Origin: Malacoraja senta
Taxonomy: Eukaryota
Direction of reading: 5' to 3'
Length of the DNA: 64,000 bases
Assembly (NCBI GenBank): GCA_038087875.1
Contig: CM075989.1
Coordinates: 18,044,001 to 18,108,000, forward strand
Part shown: piece after piece, positions 25,146 through 38,630 of the stretch
How positions within the stretch are numbered: the stretch's first letter is position 1
How the letters are laid out: each line of letters opens with the position of its first letter
Notes under the pieces: generated by a model
Database searches by the model: none
What the model was told of the DNA's origin: nothing
What the model saw: the letters and a program-made list of their open reading frames with translations, nothing else
Made by a program: the position numbers and the translations under genes

Positions 25146-28100
25146 AAGGTCTTCAGATCGCATTAACATTACATAAGCAGTAAGAGAGAAACTGCCTTTA
25201 AACTGGGTGGAGACACAAAATGCTTGAGTAGCTCAGCGGGACAGGCAGCATCTCTGGAGAGAAGGAATCGGAGTTTGTTCCATACACGGAAACACGGCCT
25301 TTTTCCGTGCTGTATCAATAAACTCTAAACTAAACATGGGTGGAAAACAAAACATTGTTGCTTAACGTTTGAGGTACTGTACACAAAACCTGCACTAGTC
25401 AAAAGTGATCAACATTTAGTCACTTTATGTGGTATTGGTGAAGGGGAAAACATTTAATAGGAATCTGAGGGGTAGCTTTTTCCACACAGAGGGTGGTGGG
25501 TGTATGGAACAAGCTGCCAGAGGAGGTAGTTGGGGCAGGGACTATCCCAACATTTAAGAAGCCGTTAGACAGGTACATGGAGAGGACAGGTACGCAAAAA
25601 TGCTGGAGAAACTCAGCGGGTGCAGCAGCATCTATGGAGCGAAGGAAATAGGCGATGTTTCGGGCCGAAACGTTGCCTATTTCCTTCGCTCTATAGATGC
25701 TGCTGCACCCGCTGAGTTTCTCCAGCATTTTTGTCTACCTTCGATTTTCCAGCATCTGCAGTTCCTTCTTAAACACATGGATAGGACAGGTTTGGAGGGA
25801 TATGGACCAAACGCGGGCAGGTGTGGGCAAATTGGGCCGAAGGGCCTGTTTCCACACTGTATCACTCTATATGTGAATAAACTATGGTCCATACATGTTT
25901 CATTCACTGGTAAAAATAGTCTAAAGTTTAACTTTGTACATCTTGTCTTTTAACCGTAGGGAGGTTCTGCACTGTGCTGTATTTTAAAGATAACAAAAAA
26001 TAGTTGAGGAATATAATAATAACCATTTTCAATAGAACTATGTATGGGCTTTGAGGCCAAGGGGGAACAACAGGAACTGGATGTGCAGAACAGTTGATGT
26101 TATTGGCCATCGTTTCTGGAACAAAATGCCGTGGCTCTCCAAATCTTGCAGCTTTACTTTTGCCCGACAAAGTGCAACAAAAGTCTAACGTTCCTCTGCT
26201 GCGGCCCAAAGCAATCAACTCGGGGTGGGCCAATGGAGAATTTTACTTGGGTTCTTTTCTGGGCCAGTTCTGAAGGAAAAACCTCAAACTTCATCGGTCA
26301 GAATAAAGGAAACTTTTGTTAACTGCTGTTTCAGGTTAACATCTCAAAAATCACTTGATTTGCTCGTCCACTAAAAAAAGAACCCACAGCTATCAATGTC
26401 TCCCAGGTAGTTTATGATTTATTTTTTTCAAATTCTTTTATTGCAAGCGCACACCATCTCATTTCTAATTTAATGCTCCTATACTGGGATGTTCAGTCTG
26501 ATCTTTCTTTCCCTCGGCTCTCGATCGCATTGCTCTGAACTCGCGCTGTCTTTGGGATACCAGTACCATTAATCCTTTGCCATTGCTTTAAGGCACGGAA
26601 TTAAGATACTCGGTTTATAGATTATACTTTAGACGCTTGTGATATCCTAAATGTTAAGTGAAGGAGTGTAACAGGGTCATATAAGCTGTTCAACACAGAA
26701 ACAGGCCCTTCGGCCCACCAGCGTACATATTGGGCTAGTCCCATCGCCCTCCAAACCTATACGTTCAAACGTTTCTCCGAAGTTGTAATTGTATCGCCAT
26801 CTTTCGCTTCCTGTGCCAGCTCATTTCAGATACCGGTTATTCGGAGTGAAAAAGTTGCCCCTGAGTTCCCTCTTAAATCTCTCCGCCTCACTTCAAGCCT
26901 ATGCCCTCTAGTTTTAGACTGCTTCACTCTGGGATATAAAGACCACTGTGTAATTTGAATGTTACACACATATCATTCTAGACTCTCACTGTACCTGTGA
27001 GAACTTGTACAAGCAAATGATGGGGCAAAATATCACTGAGGAGATTAAAAATTAAATTTGTGTAAATTTGCAAAAAGGGCATGTGGATTATGTCCTCTCA
27101 CCACCAAACGTTGGGAAAGAATATAATCAAATTCATCAGCTGCTTTTTTGGATTAATTCTGGATTAATTTGATCTCCTGCTAAAGAAGATCTCCCTGTTC
27201 CTGGAGAAACAAGGACTGCAAATGCCGGTTTACAAAAAACACACAAAACGCTGGAGTAACTCAGCAAGTCAGGCAGTATCTCTGGAGAACACGAATAGGT
27301 GATGTTTCGAGTCGGGACCCTTCTTCAGACTGGAGTGAAGAAGGGTCCCGACCTGAAACGTCACCCGTCCATGTTCTCCAGAGAAGCGTCCTGACCCACT
27401 GAGTTACTCTAGTACTTTGTGTCTTTTATCTATCGGTCCCTGTGACCAACCAGTAGGGTCCTCCCTGGATGGGAAGGTACAGTAAACGATGCACAACATC
27501 TTTCTGTACAGTCATAGAGTGATACAGTGTGGAAACAGGCCCTTCGGCCCAACATGTCCCAGCGACACAAGCCCCACCTGCCTGCGCTTGGTCCATATCC
27601 CTCCAAACCTGTCCTATCCATGTTCCTGTCTAACGGCTTCTTAAATGTTGGGATAGTCCCAGCCTCAACTACCTCCTCTGGCAGCTTGTTCCATACACTC
27701 ACCAGCCTTTGTGTGAAAAGTTGCCCCTCAGATTCCAATTAAATCATTTCCCCTTCACCTTGAACCTCTGGTCCTTGATTCCCCTACTCTGGGCAAGAGA
27801 CTCTGTGATGTCTAATGTATCAATTTAACAAATATATTTTAAAAGCCAAATAGTTCACCTCTCACTTCAAACTGCATTCCTTTAGAATCTGGGGACCCAG
27901 CTGTCAAACATGACTACAGAAGTACATGGCAGACCTGCTGTTATTAAGGTCAAGACTCTTGCTGGGATTTCCTCTGCTATCTTTCTGCTATACCAGAGAG
28001 GAAGTGACCAAGGATGGTGAGGGGATCAAGACTTGGGGATAGAGGGCTCTTGTCCAGCCTTCCGTTTCTTTAGACTTTAATGATACAACGCGGAAACAGT

Positions 28101-31100
28101 CCGGGCCGGTCAGCAATCACCCCAGCGTACACCAGCAGTATCCTGCACACTGGGGTCAATTTACAATTTTGACCGAAGCCAATTAATCTACAAATCGGTA
28201 TGTCTTTGGAGTGTGAGAGGAAACTGGAGCACCCAGAGAAAACCTTCCTTATGCATTAGAATTTGGCACAGGTTCGATGAATATTGCCCATCATTTGATG
28301 TTGCTGTGTCTACTGGTACATCAGCTGCAGGGAGGAACTAGTTATAATTTCAGCCCGTAACCCTGATGAGACCCTGCATCCTCAGAGGATGTGTGTGGGA
28401 CAGGTTTCCGAATGCCACCGATGGTGTCAAGGTTTGAGAACAGGAACTATTGTGAGGAAACAGTGATGTGGGTGGACCCTGGAATAACCGGTGCACTCGA
28501 CGAGCAGCATACACTTGTTTGCAGAAAGTCATTAGTACTTGTTAAATCAATTGTGCAGAGCAGAATATCTATCTAACGGGAGTGAAATTTACAATTATTT
28601 TTTCAAGCCGTCAGCAATGACGCATGAACAATTAACTGATCCTCTGGGTAAATAAGCAATGACTTGTTCAGTTGACTAACAGGATGCTATTTGATGTCCT
28701 CTTGCATTACAGTGCAGCATTTGGCCAATTAGCATGTTTTAAAAAATGGTCGGCTGCAATCTATCTAAATGCTTTGGGTTGATACAAACCAGGAGTAATA
28801 AAGCTTGTAGCATTCCCAGAATAGATCCCTGTTATTTGCAAGTGGAGGAAAGGTTCTCTCTTCATCATCCCCCCTCCCCAATATGCTCCCCTCAAAACCG
28901 CATCCATGCCAAGAAACTGAGCCAGCACTAGGGACGTTGGCAAAAATAGCACAAAGGGCAAGGGGTAGCTGCCAAAGTAAAGTGGTTGGCGCATTGCTAA
29001 CAGTAGCTAGAATTTCAAGTGCACACTATGCCTTATTTTCCATATTAATAAAAACGGGAGCTAAGATGCAATTATGGTTTACGATTGCAAATTTCTGGTT
29101 TGGTTTAGAGATACAGAGCGGAAACAGTCCCTTTGGCCCACCGGGTCGCGCCGACCAGCGATCCCCGCGCACTGATGCTATCCTACACACTAGGGACAAT
29201 TTACATGTATACCAAGCCAATTAACCTACAAACCTGTCGGTCTTTGGAGTGCGGGAGGAAACTGGAGATCCCGGAGAAAACCCACGGGGAGAACGTACAA
29301 ACGAGCACCGGTAGTCAGGATCGAACCCGGGTCTCTGGCACTGTGAGGCAGCAACTCTACCGCTGCACCAACATGCCGACCCGTACAGTATATTCCACAA
29401 CAGAATTGTAACTACTTCAGTTCCTGTGGCGGGCGGGGGGGGGGGGAAGGAAGATATTAGTCCGGCTAAATTGGCCTCAAGACGGACTCATCTCAACCCA
29501 TCCGGTTCCAATTAGTTAGGCAGAGGTGAGTGTGCGGGAGGCACCAACAACCAGAGGCTGCTGTTCTCACAGTCATTTACCACTGGCAAATTGTTCTCAC
29601 TTGTTAACGTTTCTGAAGACGTGCCCTATTGGTTTTCCTCGTGCCTTCCTCCCCAGTCCTTGTTTTAAATAACGCCCCCCCCCACCCCCCCCCCCCTGCA
29701 ACAAGCATCTAATTTCTCCATTTGAACATCTGGTCGCGAGTTGAATCTGCACTTTATTTCCACCAGGCAGCCCTGTGCCAACAGATAAACTTGCGTGCGA
29801 GATACTCGCAGTTGAAATAGAGAAAAAAAAATATTAGCATTGGCACTTTCTTAAAGTATCCCATGTTGGTGGAATTCCAACCAAATAAAATAACACATTC
29901 CAAGTAAAATACCCAAGTATAAAGAATTTGAAGTTAAATCAAGTGTAGAACATGGAGCCAACTAAACACAACAAGGAAATAGGTTGCTGCTCTTGATTAG
30001 TCGACAGAGTAAGGCTGCATGCGAATTAAAATAGAATTTACAAGCACGATATTTTGCAATTATTTCAGTCTCGCAAAATCATATGGCACCCGAACAAAGC
30101 ATTTCCTATTAGTCCCTTGTATAAACTGCTTCTCGCTTTTCAGTTTTGGACTCGGAGAACGCTTCAAAGAGAAAGAGATTGTTAGGAAGACTATTTGAGG
30201 ACAAAAATATTAGTTGCTACGTAAATGTTAAGCACAGCCTACAGCTGGTACCTACAGCTGGCATTCTCAGGGACAAGTGGCTGGCTGAGGACGAGGTGGA
30301 TTCTCCATTCTACGACATGCACAAGTTGCCCATCACTGGTTAGTGGGATGCATGAGTGACTACTGATTAGAGATTTTCTTTTAAAATATACAACAACAAA
30401 AAAACCAGGCAAGGCCTTTTGAACATTTTATCCGTCGCCGACGATAAAATGTTCAGGGTTAGAACGGTAATGGCAGTGGTTGACAAAGACAACATTGAGA
30501 ACCAAACGATGGCATTGACTGGCACACAACAACAAAGGTACAAACAGAGGAAGGAAGCAACGAACTGAAACTGAAGAGCTATAGAGGCCAACTTAAATTA
30601 CAGACCAGTTGTATAACGATCACCAACATATATCAGAAATGTGCATGTCTTAACTGAGGTAACAGCAATCAACAGAAAAAAAAACACTGCCAATAGATCT
30701 GAGAAGAAACCTGCTTTAGCTGCCTTTGTTTTTAAATGTGAGAAAGACCAGATTTTTTTAATATAAAGAGCCACAAACTGTCCCTTTCCATGTAATTTAA
30801 TGGTTTGTGATCTCAAGTCCAAATTGCTGAAAGTCCCAGCAAGATCAAAAGTGATCTTGGAGTAATAATATTTTCCTCCTATCTCCTCTGGAGATGCTGT
30901 CTGACCTGCTGAGTTACTCCAGCATTTTGTGTTCTATTCAATATTTTCTCCAAGTATTGCTAACTTGTTGGGGCGGCACGGTGGGGCAGCGGTAGAGTTG
31001 GTGCCTTACAGCGCTTACAGACCAGGGTTCGAACCCGACTACGGGTGCTGTCTGTGCGGAGTCTGTACGTTCTCCCCGCGACCTCGTGGGTTTTCTCTGA

Positions 31101-31885
31101 GTTCTTCTGTTTCCTCACACACTCCAAAGACGTACAGGTTTGTAGGTTAATTGGCTTGGTGTAAAAACAATTTAAATTGTCCCTAGTGTGTGTAGGACAA
31201 TGTTCGTGCGCTGGGATGGCTGGTCGGTTTATAGATAGTCCTGTTTTTTCTCCCCGCTGTATCTCTAAACTAAACAAAAAAACCTGCCCTTCGCATAGTG
31301 CATTGGACACTGACATGCTAGACTTTCCGATTAAACTTGCTCACAAATTTAACTTGTGTGGGAAGGAGCTCCAGATGCTGGCGTTACACTGAAGATAGAC
31401 GCTGGAGTAACTCAGCGGGACGGGCAGCACCTCTGGAGAGAAGGAATGGGTGACATTTCGGGTCGAGACCCTTCCTCGCTCTTCAAACCTCACGCACTTT
31501 TACAATGGCTTGACCGAATCACAAAGCATGGCTGTCTGAGAGAGAGAGAGAACGCAGCTATGCAGTTCAGCACTGGAACTGATCTCCTCCCAGCTTTGGC
31601 TACAAAGCCTTTGTTATTTGATAGCTGAAACAAGAGTTGGAGGAACCAGCGTCCACTTCACACAATGCAGACTCAGAATATTAAGGAGCGCAGTGTTCCA
31701 CTCCATCAGCACCTGTCATGACCACTGGGCTGCTTCACTTTATAGATAGTCCTGGTTTTTTTTTCTCAAATGAGCCCTTGGCCCTCATCATGTTGATTGA
31801 CTGAAGGTAAATATAGAGCAGCTTTAAAAAAAAAGTAAAACAGGTTTCTTTTCAGTGGAAGGAAGCTTCCCTTCAAAGGCCTTAC

Positions 31886-32014
31886 CATTGGGGACAGCGG
31901 ATAATGTTTCAAAATAATCAAAAGTCTCCTCATCATCTTGCACTGCAATCACATTTGGAGATACTATCGGGTCACTTGGAGCAGTGGAAGCTGAGGCTGC
32001 TGGGACATCCGTTT
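31886..32014 (-). CDS. SEMA6D: SEMA6D coding exon 17 (symmetric 129-nt probable cassette exon)
   Basis: caccacag|...|gtaagg. ETDVPAASASTAPSDPIVSPNVIAVQDDEETFDYFETLSAVPN, alignable to human DMEVSSSSVTT...ITPKVI...VQDDPNTSDFTDPLSGIPK. Phase 1->1. Confidence 0.8.
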
Positions 32015-33277
32015 CTGTGGTGACATTAGATTTACGTTATTTCAACAATTATTCGGCACCGTAACAACATTTAAAAGACATTTGGACAGGCACAGGGATA
32101 GGACCAGGTTTAGAGGGATACGGGCCAAACGTGGGCAGGTGGGACCGGTGGAGATGGGGCATCTTGGTCGGCTTTGGCAAGATGGGCCGAAAAGCCCATT
32201 TCTGTGCTGTGTGGCTCTATGCTGGAGTGGGAGGTGAAATTATGAATTGGCTTTGTTAATGCCAAAGTACGGCAGAGTTATTGTAAATGTCAACGTAACC
32301 AGATATTCCCTTCAGCCAAATGTCCATCAACATTCCTAATGCCCCAGCATCTACTGTACATCCCGTTTGACTGCCCAAAATGCATCAGCTTGAACTGGTC
32401 GGGATTAAATTCCACCTGCCAACTCTCCACCCAATTTTCCATCGGTTCTGTATCCTGCATTAGCCTCAAGGCAACCTTCCTCGCAATCCACAACATCACA
32501 AACCCAGACTCAATGCTACTATTGCTGCTTATGTTCATGCACGTTGTATGCATAAGGTCATAAGTAACAGGAGTAGAATTAGGCCATTCGGCCCATCAAG
32601 TCTACTCTGCCATTCAATCATGGCTGATCTATCCCTCCTAACCCCATTCTCCTGTCTTCTCCCCATAACCCCTGACATCCGTACTAATCAAGAATCTATC
32701 TACCACTGGCTTAAAAATATCCACTGACTTGTCCTCCACAGCATTCTGTGGCAAAGAATCCCACAGATTATACATCACTGCCAACAAGGGGCCCAACGGC
32801 AATCCCTGAATGTTTGACTCGGACATGACTACTCAACCACTAATTTGGATTTGGAGGCGTTGCCTGTAACCCCCTGGTGGAACAACTCATTGCCAGGCTG
32901 CTTCCTGCTGCAGAGACTGGAGGAGATCGTGGGTTCAGTCTCTCCACAGCGACTGTGGAGGACATGCCCGTATTGGGTGGGAGACAGGGCCAGAAGCCGA
33001 GCAGAGCTCTGACCCGTGTACACCTCCAACCTTGAGCTTCAACACTGATGATTATATAACTATAAGACCATGATTAGGCTGCATCTGGTCTATTGCGTGC
33101 AGTTCTGGTCGCCCCTATTATAGGAAAGATGAGGATGCAGAGATGGTTTACCAAAATACTGCATGGATTAGAGGGTTTAGGTTGGTTATGCTCGGGTTGG
33201 TTTCTCTGGAACATCAGAGGTTGAGGAGAGACTTGATCGAAGTGCCTAAAATTATTAGAGGCATAGATTGGGTAGAC

Positions 33278-33511
33278 CAATGGTTTCCAACCTGGGGTAA
33301 ATTTATCCCCAGGGGATACGTTTTGCTTACCCAGTGGGTAGATTTGTTGATTCTGGATTTGTACATATTTTTTCTCATTGACTGACTGTGTTTGGTTCTG
33401 GTATACCGATATCTGTTCATCATTAGTTGTTCATAAATAAGTGAAATAACATTGTTATGTGCTATTAAAGTTGCCAGGGGTAAACGGGACGAAAAAGGTT
33501 GGGAACGCATG
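33278..33511. mobile_element. hAT-like MITE
   Basis: Imperfect TIR caatggtttccaacct/aggttgggaacgcatg. Perfect 8-bp TSD gggtagac at 33270-33277 and 33512-33519. Lies inside a CR1 fragment. Confidence 0.8.
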
Positions 33512-34344
33512 GGGTAGACAGTCATAACCTTTCTCCCCCAGAGTGGAAATGTCCGACACTAGAGGGCACAGCTATGAGGTGTGAGGGGAATGTTTAGTGG
33601 GGATATGTGGCGCACGTTTTTGTTGCATACAGTAGTGCGGGCCTGGGGCGTATTGCCAGGGGTAGTGGTGGAGGCAGATACAATAGTGGCACAAACACAT
33701 TGGGAGCCGAAGGACCCATTCCTCTGCTGCACTGTTCTAAGTACATATGTGCATATTCTATGTTCTATGTTCTATTTAAAAGGAGGCCATTTGGCCCATT
33801 GACCTGTGCTGAATGCCTTGAGAGCCTCAACACTAATTCAAATGATTTGCTTGGAGAAACCACCACATCATAAAAGCTTTCCCAATGCATCCGTGCTAGG
33901 ACATGACCAAAAATGTCCAAGGCACAATCCAAGGCATCCTTTCCTAACTCTGGATCTGGTGATTGACTCCAGTGCCAAACATTTACTTTGCCACATTCAC
34001 CCTGGCAACACCTCATCTTCCATGTCCACCCTAGTTCAAAGTGCCCCCAGAGGCAGCAGCCTGAGTTGGGGGTGGAGATGGTTTCCAAGGTACACGCCTT
34101 GTTCTGGCACACTTCTCACACAATAAATCCTCAGAGATGGCACGGTGACGGGGACTGTTAATGAACTGAAGTGCCTTCATCAAACCCAGCCGTGGACACC
34201 ACAGAAATGGTACTTAGGAACATTAACTTGATGTGTCTCCATTTAGAAATCATTAAAATAATAAAGATTTTTTTAATGTTTTGACAGAGATCAGTCTTTG
34301 CCTGCTCTTGTTACGATGCCAACTTGGGAACGGTCCACAGAGTT

Positions 34345-35700
34345 ACAATGGATGTCTGGAATAGTGCCCGGACCTGGGGTGAACTTTAGACCATTCCTGG
34401 TGCGAGCCACTAGCAAGGAAAGACCAGTGAGTTGAACATCTGTGGTACGTGATGTACTGGAGAGGATTCTGAGGGGTAACATATTCGTACATTTTGGGAT
34501 AAACTGGGTGATCAGGGATGGTCAGCATGTTTTTTCTACATGGGGGAATCATGCCTTTACGAATCTGATTGGGTTCTTTGAAGAAGTAACCAAAAAGGAT
34601 GATGAAGACCAAGTCGTAGACATTGTCTACATGGATTTCAGCAAGGTATTGGATAAAGGTTCCACAAACTAGGCTGCTCTGCAAGGCTAGATCACATGGG
34701 ATCCAGGCAGAGCTCGCCAACTGGATAGAGAATTGGCTTCATGGAAAGAAGCTGAGGGTGGTGGTGGAGGAAGGGTATTTCTTGGCCCATGACAAGTGGT
34801 GTAGGGATTGGTGCTGGGCCCATCGCTGTTTGTGGTTTAAATCAACCATTTGGATGAGAATGTAGAAGGCATGATTAGTAAGTTTGCAGATGAAACTAAA
34901 GTGGATGGTATCATAGATAGCAAAGATGGTTATCAAAATTCTTGATTAGTTGGAGTTCAATGCAGATAAATGTGAGGCCTTGCATTTTGGGAAGTCAAAT
35001 CAGGGCAGGACCTTCACAGTGAATTGCAGAGCCCTGTGGAGCATTGTAGGGCAGAGTGATCTTAGAGTACTGATATATATAGTTCATTAAAAGTGGTGAT
35101 ACAGGTAGATAGGTTAGTCGAGCGGTCTTTGGTACATTTGCCTTCATCAGTCCAGGTACTGAATATAGAAATTGGGACATTATGTTACAGTTTTGTGCAA
35201 GACTTTGGCGAGACTCGACTTAGAGTACAGTGTTCAGTTTTTGTCACCCTACCATAGGAAGGATGTCATTAAGCTGGAAAGAGTGCAGAGAATATTTACG
35301 AGGATGATGTCAAGACCTGAGGGCCTGGGCTACAGGGAGATGGGGGGGCGGCAGGCTGGGACTTTATTCCTTGGGGCACGGGAGGCTAAGGGGTTACCCT
35401 ATAGATGTGTATAAAATCTTAAGTGGAATAGATAGTGTGAATGCACGGAGTCTTTTACCCAGGATAGGGGAATCTAAAACAAGACGACATACTGTACGTT
35501 TAAGATGGGAGGGGGATGTTTTAATATGAACCCGAGGGGCAACTTTTTCCACACAGAGGGTGGTGGATAGATGGTGGGATGATGTAGTTGAGGCAGGTGC
35601 TATAGAAGACATTTGGATAGGAAGGGATATGGGCCAATCACTGGGAAAATGGCACTAGCTTAGTTAGTCAGCATGGTGGAGATGTGCCAAAGCCCGATTC
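34345..35700 (+). mobile_element. Degenerate CR1-clade LINE (reverse transcriptase region to 3' end)
   Basis: RPVSxTSVV..VLERILR, FTNLIGFFEEVTKK..VDIVYMDFSK, SHGIQAELANWIENWL, ISKFADETK and KLERVQRIFTRM are CR1 ORF2 motifs, broken by frameshifts. Confidence 0.88.
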
Positions 35701-37093
35701 CGTGTGACAGGATTCACAGAGACAAAACAGCAACTTAGTCAAATGAAGATTCACAATCGTGGCCGAAATGGTAGTTGCGTTAAATCTACCAACGGCAGCC
35801 TCCAGGTGAAAAAGCATTTGCGCCAAGAACATTTGGACTATTGGACTGGGGAGTAAGGCAAACGTATGGCCATCTTCACAGGGCACGAGAAATCAGTCCC
35901 ACTGCATTAGGGAATTTGCATTAGATCATGTATTGAATGTTCTGCAATATGTCCCTTTTAAATCTGCAGTGTTTTGCTGAATACCAAGGAGCAGCTTCCA
36001 GCTTGACATCAATCTCAATGGTTGATTCAGGAATGTTGGTGTCAGCAGCATTGTGCAGCAAATTGCTTTCTGAAATTGCATAGAGTCCTGCACACCGTCA
36101 GTTTTTTTTTTTTGGCTCTCAGTTTGCTCTCAACAGGCCCTCATCTTATTGATCCAGAAATCCACAGTGAATTAAGGCCACATTGGGATGGGTAGCATCT
36201 TACATTGGACTACTCGTTCATTGTCAGATACAGACAGTCAGCCTCTGTTGGGTTAGGAAGCGCAGGGACTGAGTTTGGAACAATTACCCAGCGCCGCAGC
36301 AGTGTGGCAACGCCAAAGTTCAGAAGTCAAAGGGGCAGAATTAGGCCATTCGGCCCTTCGGGTCTACTACGCACCATTCAATTGTGGCTGATCTACCTTT
36401 CCCTCTCAACCCGGTTCTCCTGTTGATTTTTTTTAGAAAAGGACTGAACTATGAACCTCTTTAAACAACAAGCCTGCATGGAATGCATATAAATAAACAC
36501 TCGCTGTAGCACAGACCTCTTGAGTAGCTCAGAGCAAGCCGAGTTACTGGGGGGGAGGGATACGTCAGTCATTTAAACCTGGTGCACTCAAAAAGTAGTC
36601 TGTATCTCAGCACTGATAAAGCATTCTAACATATTCACAGGATCCCGTTCCATTCGCCCAAAAGTACAGCTCAAAATCAAAATGCAATAATGTGTTAACG
36701 TTTCATTAATGAAGCACAGATCTGCGTTTCTGCGGAAGAAGAGATAAGCAGATTAGAAGTTAACCGGTGAGATGCCTTCACATGCTCAGGAAGCAGAGAG
36801 ATCCAGGCTGCTACAAAATACATCGGAGGCTGTACAGCAGCACTGTGTTAAAAGGTAACCCCTTGGGTAAGAAATCTGATTAGTCAGCGGAGGCGGGGGA
36901 AACGTGCTGGGAAGCTGCGAGTGACTGAGAAGGAAAGAATGATTAGTTTGCTGTGGAGTGCTTGTGGCTGGCAGATGTAGAACAAATCACCCGTGGCCAT
37001 CTGCCAAGTGAGCAGAAAGGGAGAGGGAAAGAGCTGGCTGAGGCAGAGGGAGGAGGAGGAAAGGTACAAGCAAAAATATAACCCAAAACTAAC

Positions 37094-37144
37094 CAGCTGT
37101 CGGGTCGCCAAATGTTTTGTAATCTGGTGTAGCGACTGGGATTT
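37094..37144 (-). CDS. SEMA6D: SEMA6D coding exon 16 (symmetric 51-nt probable cassette exon)
   Basis: tttctag|...|gttagt. EIPVATPDYKTFGDPTA (human EILPTSTTPDYKIFGGPTS), phase 1->1. Confidence 0.88.
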
Positions 37145-37494
37145 CTAGAAAAATTAAAAGCACGATTAGTAAAGGGTGGAAAAAAATCAGTTAAAAAAAA
37201 AAGATAATGAACTGAGCAACTGAAATGGTTTGATCAAAACCAGCTGTGGAGGCCACAGAAATAAGACTTCAGAACGTCAGCTTGATGTGCCTCCATTTAG
37301 AAATGGCTAAAATAAAAGAATTTCAGCTCTGCAAACGACACCGGGACGACGAGAAGTTTGGCTTTTTGAAACGCTACAGGTTATCTGGTTGACTTGTTAG
37401 TCCACACATAAAACAACAGAGCTGGGGACGACAGAATGCCTCACATCCTAGATTCCCCCGACAGTGGAGATTGGTCAGAGACCATTAGACTTAC

Positions 37495-37553
37495 CGTGAC
37501 ATTCTCCGAGATGTGCTGTCCTGCCAGATTCCACATCTTGTTCAAACCCAGTG
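37495..37553 (-). CDS. SEMA6D: SEMA6D coding exon 15
   Basis: ctcccag|...|gtaagt. TGFEQDVESGRTAHLGECH (human AEGYEQDTEFGNTAHLGDCH), 59 nt, phase 2->1. Confidence 0.9.
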
Positions 37554-37619
37554 CTGGGAGACAAAAAGCAACAACATCACTGAGACACTGCGTTTAGTAT
37601 CGACATTGAGATTCACTCA

Positions 37620-38206
37620 GTGAGTATAGAAGCTGGGAGGTCATGTTGCAGTTGTGTAAGATGTTGGTGAGACCGCATTTAGAATATTGTGTTCAGTTTC
37701 TGGGCACCATGTTATAGGAAAGATATTGTCAGGCTTGACAGGGTTCAGAAAAGGTTTACGAGGATGTTGCCAGGACTAGAGGGTGTGAGCTATAGGGAGA
37801 GGTTGAGTAGGCTGGGTCTATATTCCAGGGAGCGCAGGAGGATGAGGGGAGATCTTATAGAGGTGTACAAAATCATGAGAGGAATAGATCGGGTAGATGC
37901 ACAGAGTTTTTTTGCCCAGAGTAGAGGGAATCGAGGACCAGAGGACATAGGTTCAAGTTGAAGGGGAAAAGATTTAATAGGAATCCGATGGGTAACTTTT
38001 TACACACAAAGGGTGGAGGGTGTATGGAACAAGCTGCCAGAGGAGGTAGTTGAGGCTGGGACTATTCCATCGTTTAAGAAATAGTTTGGAGGGATATGGG
38101 ACCAAGTGCAGGCAAGTGGGACTAGTATAGCTGGGACATTGTTGACCGGTGTGGACGAGATGGGCTGAAGGGCCCTGTTTCCACACTGTATCACCCTATG
38201 ACTCTA
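37620..38206 (+). mobile_element. CR1 LINE 3' fragment
   Basis: LEYCVQFWAPCYRKDIVRLDRVQKRFTRMLPGLEGVSYRERLSRLGLYS..RRRMRGDLIEVYKIM plus 3'UTR. Similar pieces at ~735-1350, 5545-6410, 12080-12445(-), 25435-25870, 27510-27810(-), 33065-33735, 45040-45410(-) and 52450-53060(-). Confidence 0.88.
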
Positions 38207-38551
38207 AATGGAAGGGAGAAATTCAACTTTGAGCTGCAGTCTTGCCGAACTCCCAGGTAATCAAGTGTTAATTACTTTAGTTTTAGTATAGAGATACAGC
38301 GCGGAAATAGGCCCTTCGGCCCCACTGAGTCCGTGCTGACCACCCCACCCCGCACATTGGCACTACCCTACACACACTAGGGACAATATTACAATTTTTA
38401 CAGAAGCCAATTAACCTACAAACCTGCACGTCTTTGGAGTGCGGGAGGAAACCGGAGAAAACCCGCGCGGGTCACAGGGAGAACGCACAAACTCCGTACA
38501 GACAGCGCTCGCAGACAGGATCGAACCCGGGTAATGAAAACACATACTTAC

Positions 38552-38630
38552 TGAACGCCAGGCCTCACAATTCCACAGGATTTATTATCCAGCCACGCAC
38601 AGTAGGGATCTCTTGAACCGATGCCAAGCT
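38552..38630 (-). CDS. SEMA6D: SEMA6D coding exon 14 (PSI domain; +1 indel)
   Basis: ccgacag|...|gtaagt. A/CIGSRDPYCAWLDNKSCGIVRPGV, 79 nt vs 78. Confidence 0.92.

Noticed and set aside
30250..30365. Possible extra SEMA6D exon with AG/GT boundaries
   Set aside because: Stop codon in the required phase and no similarity to SEMA6 proteins.
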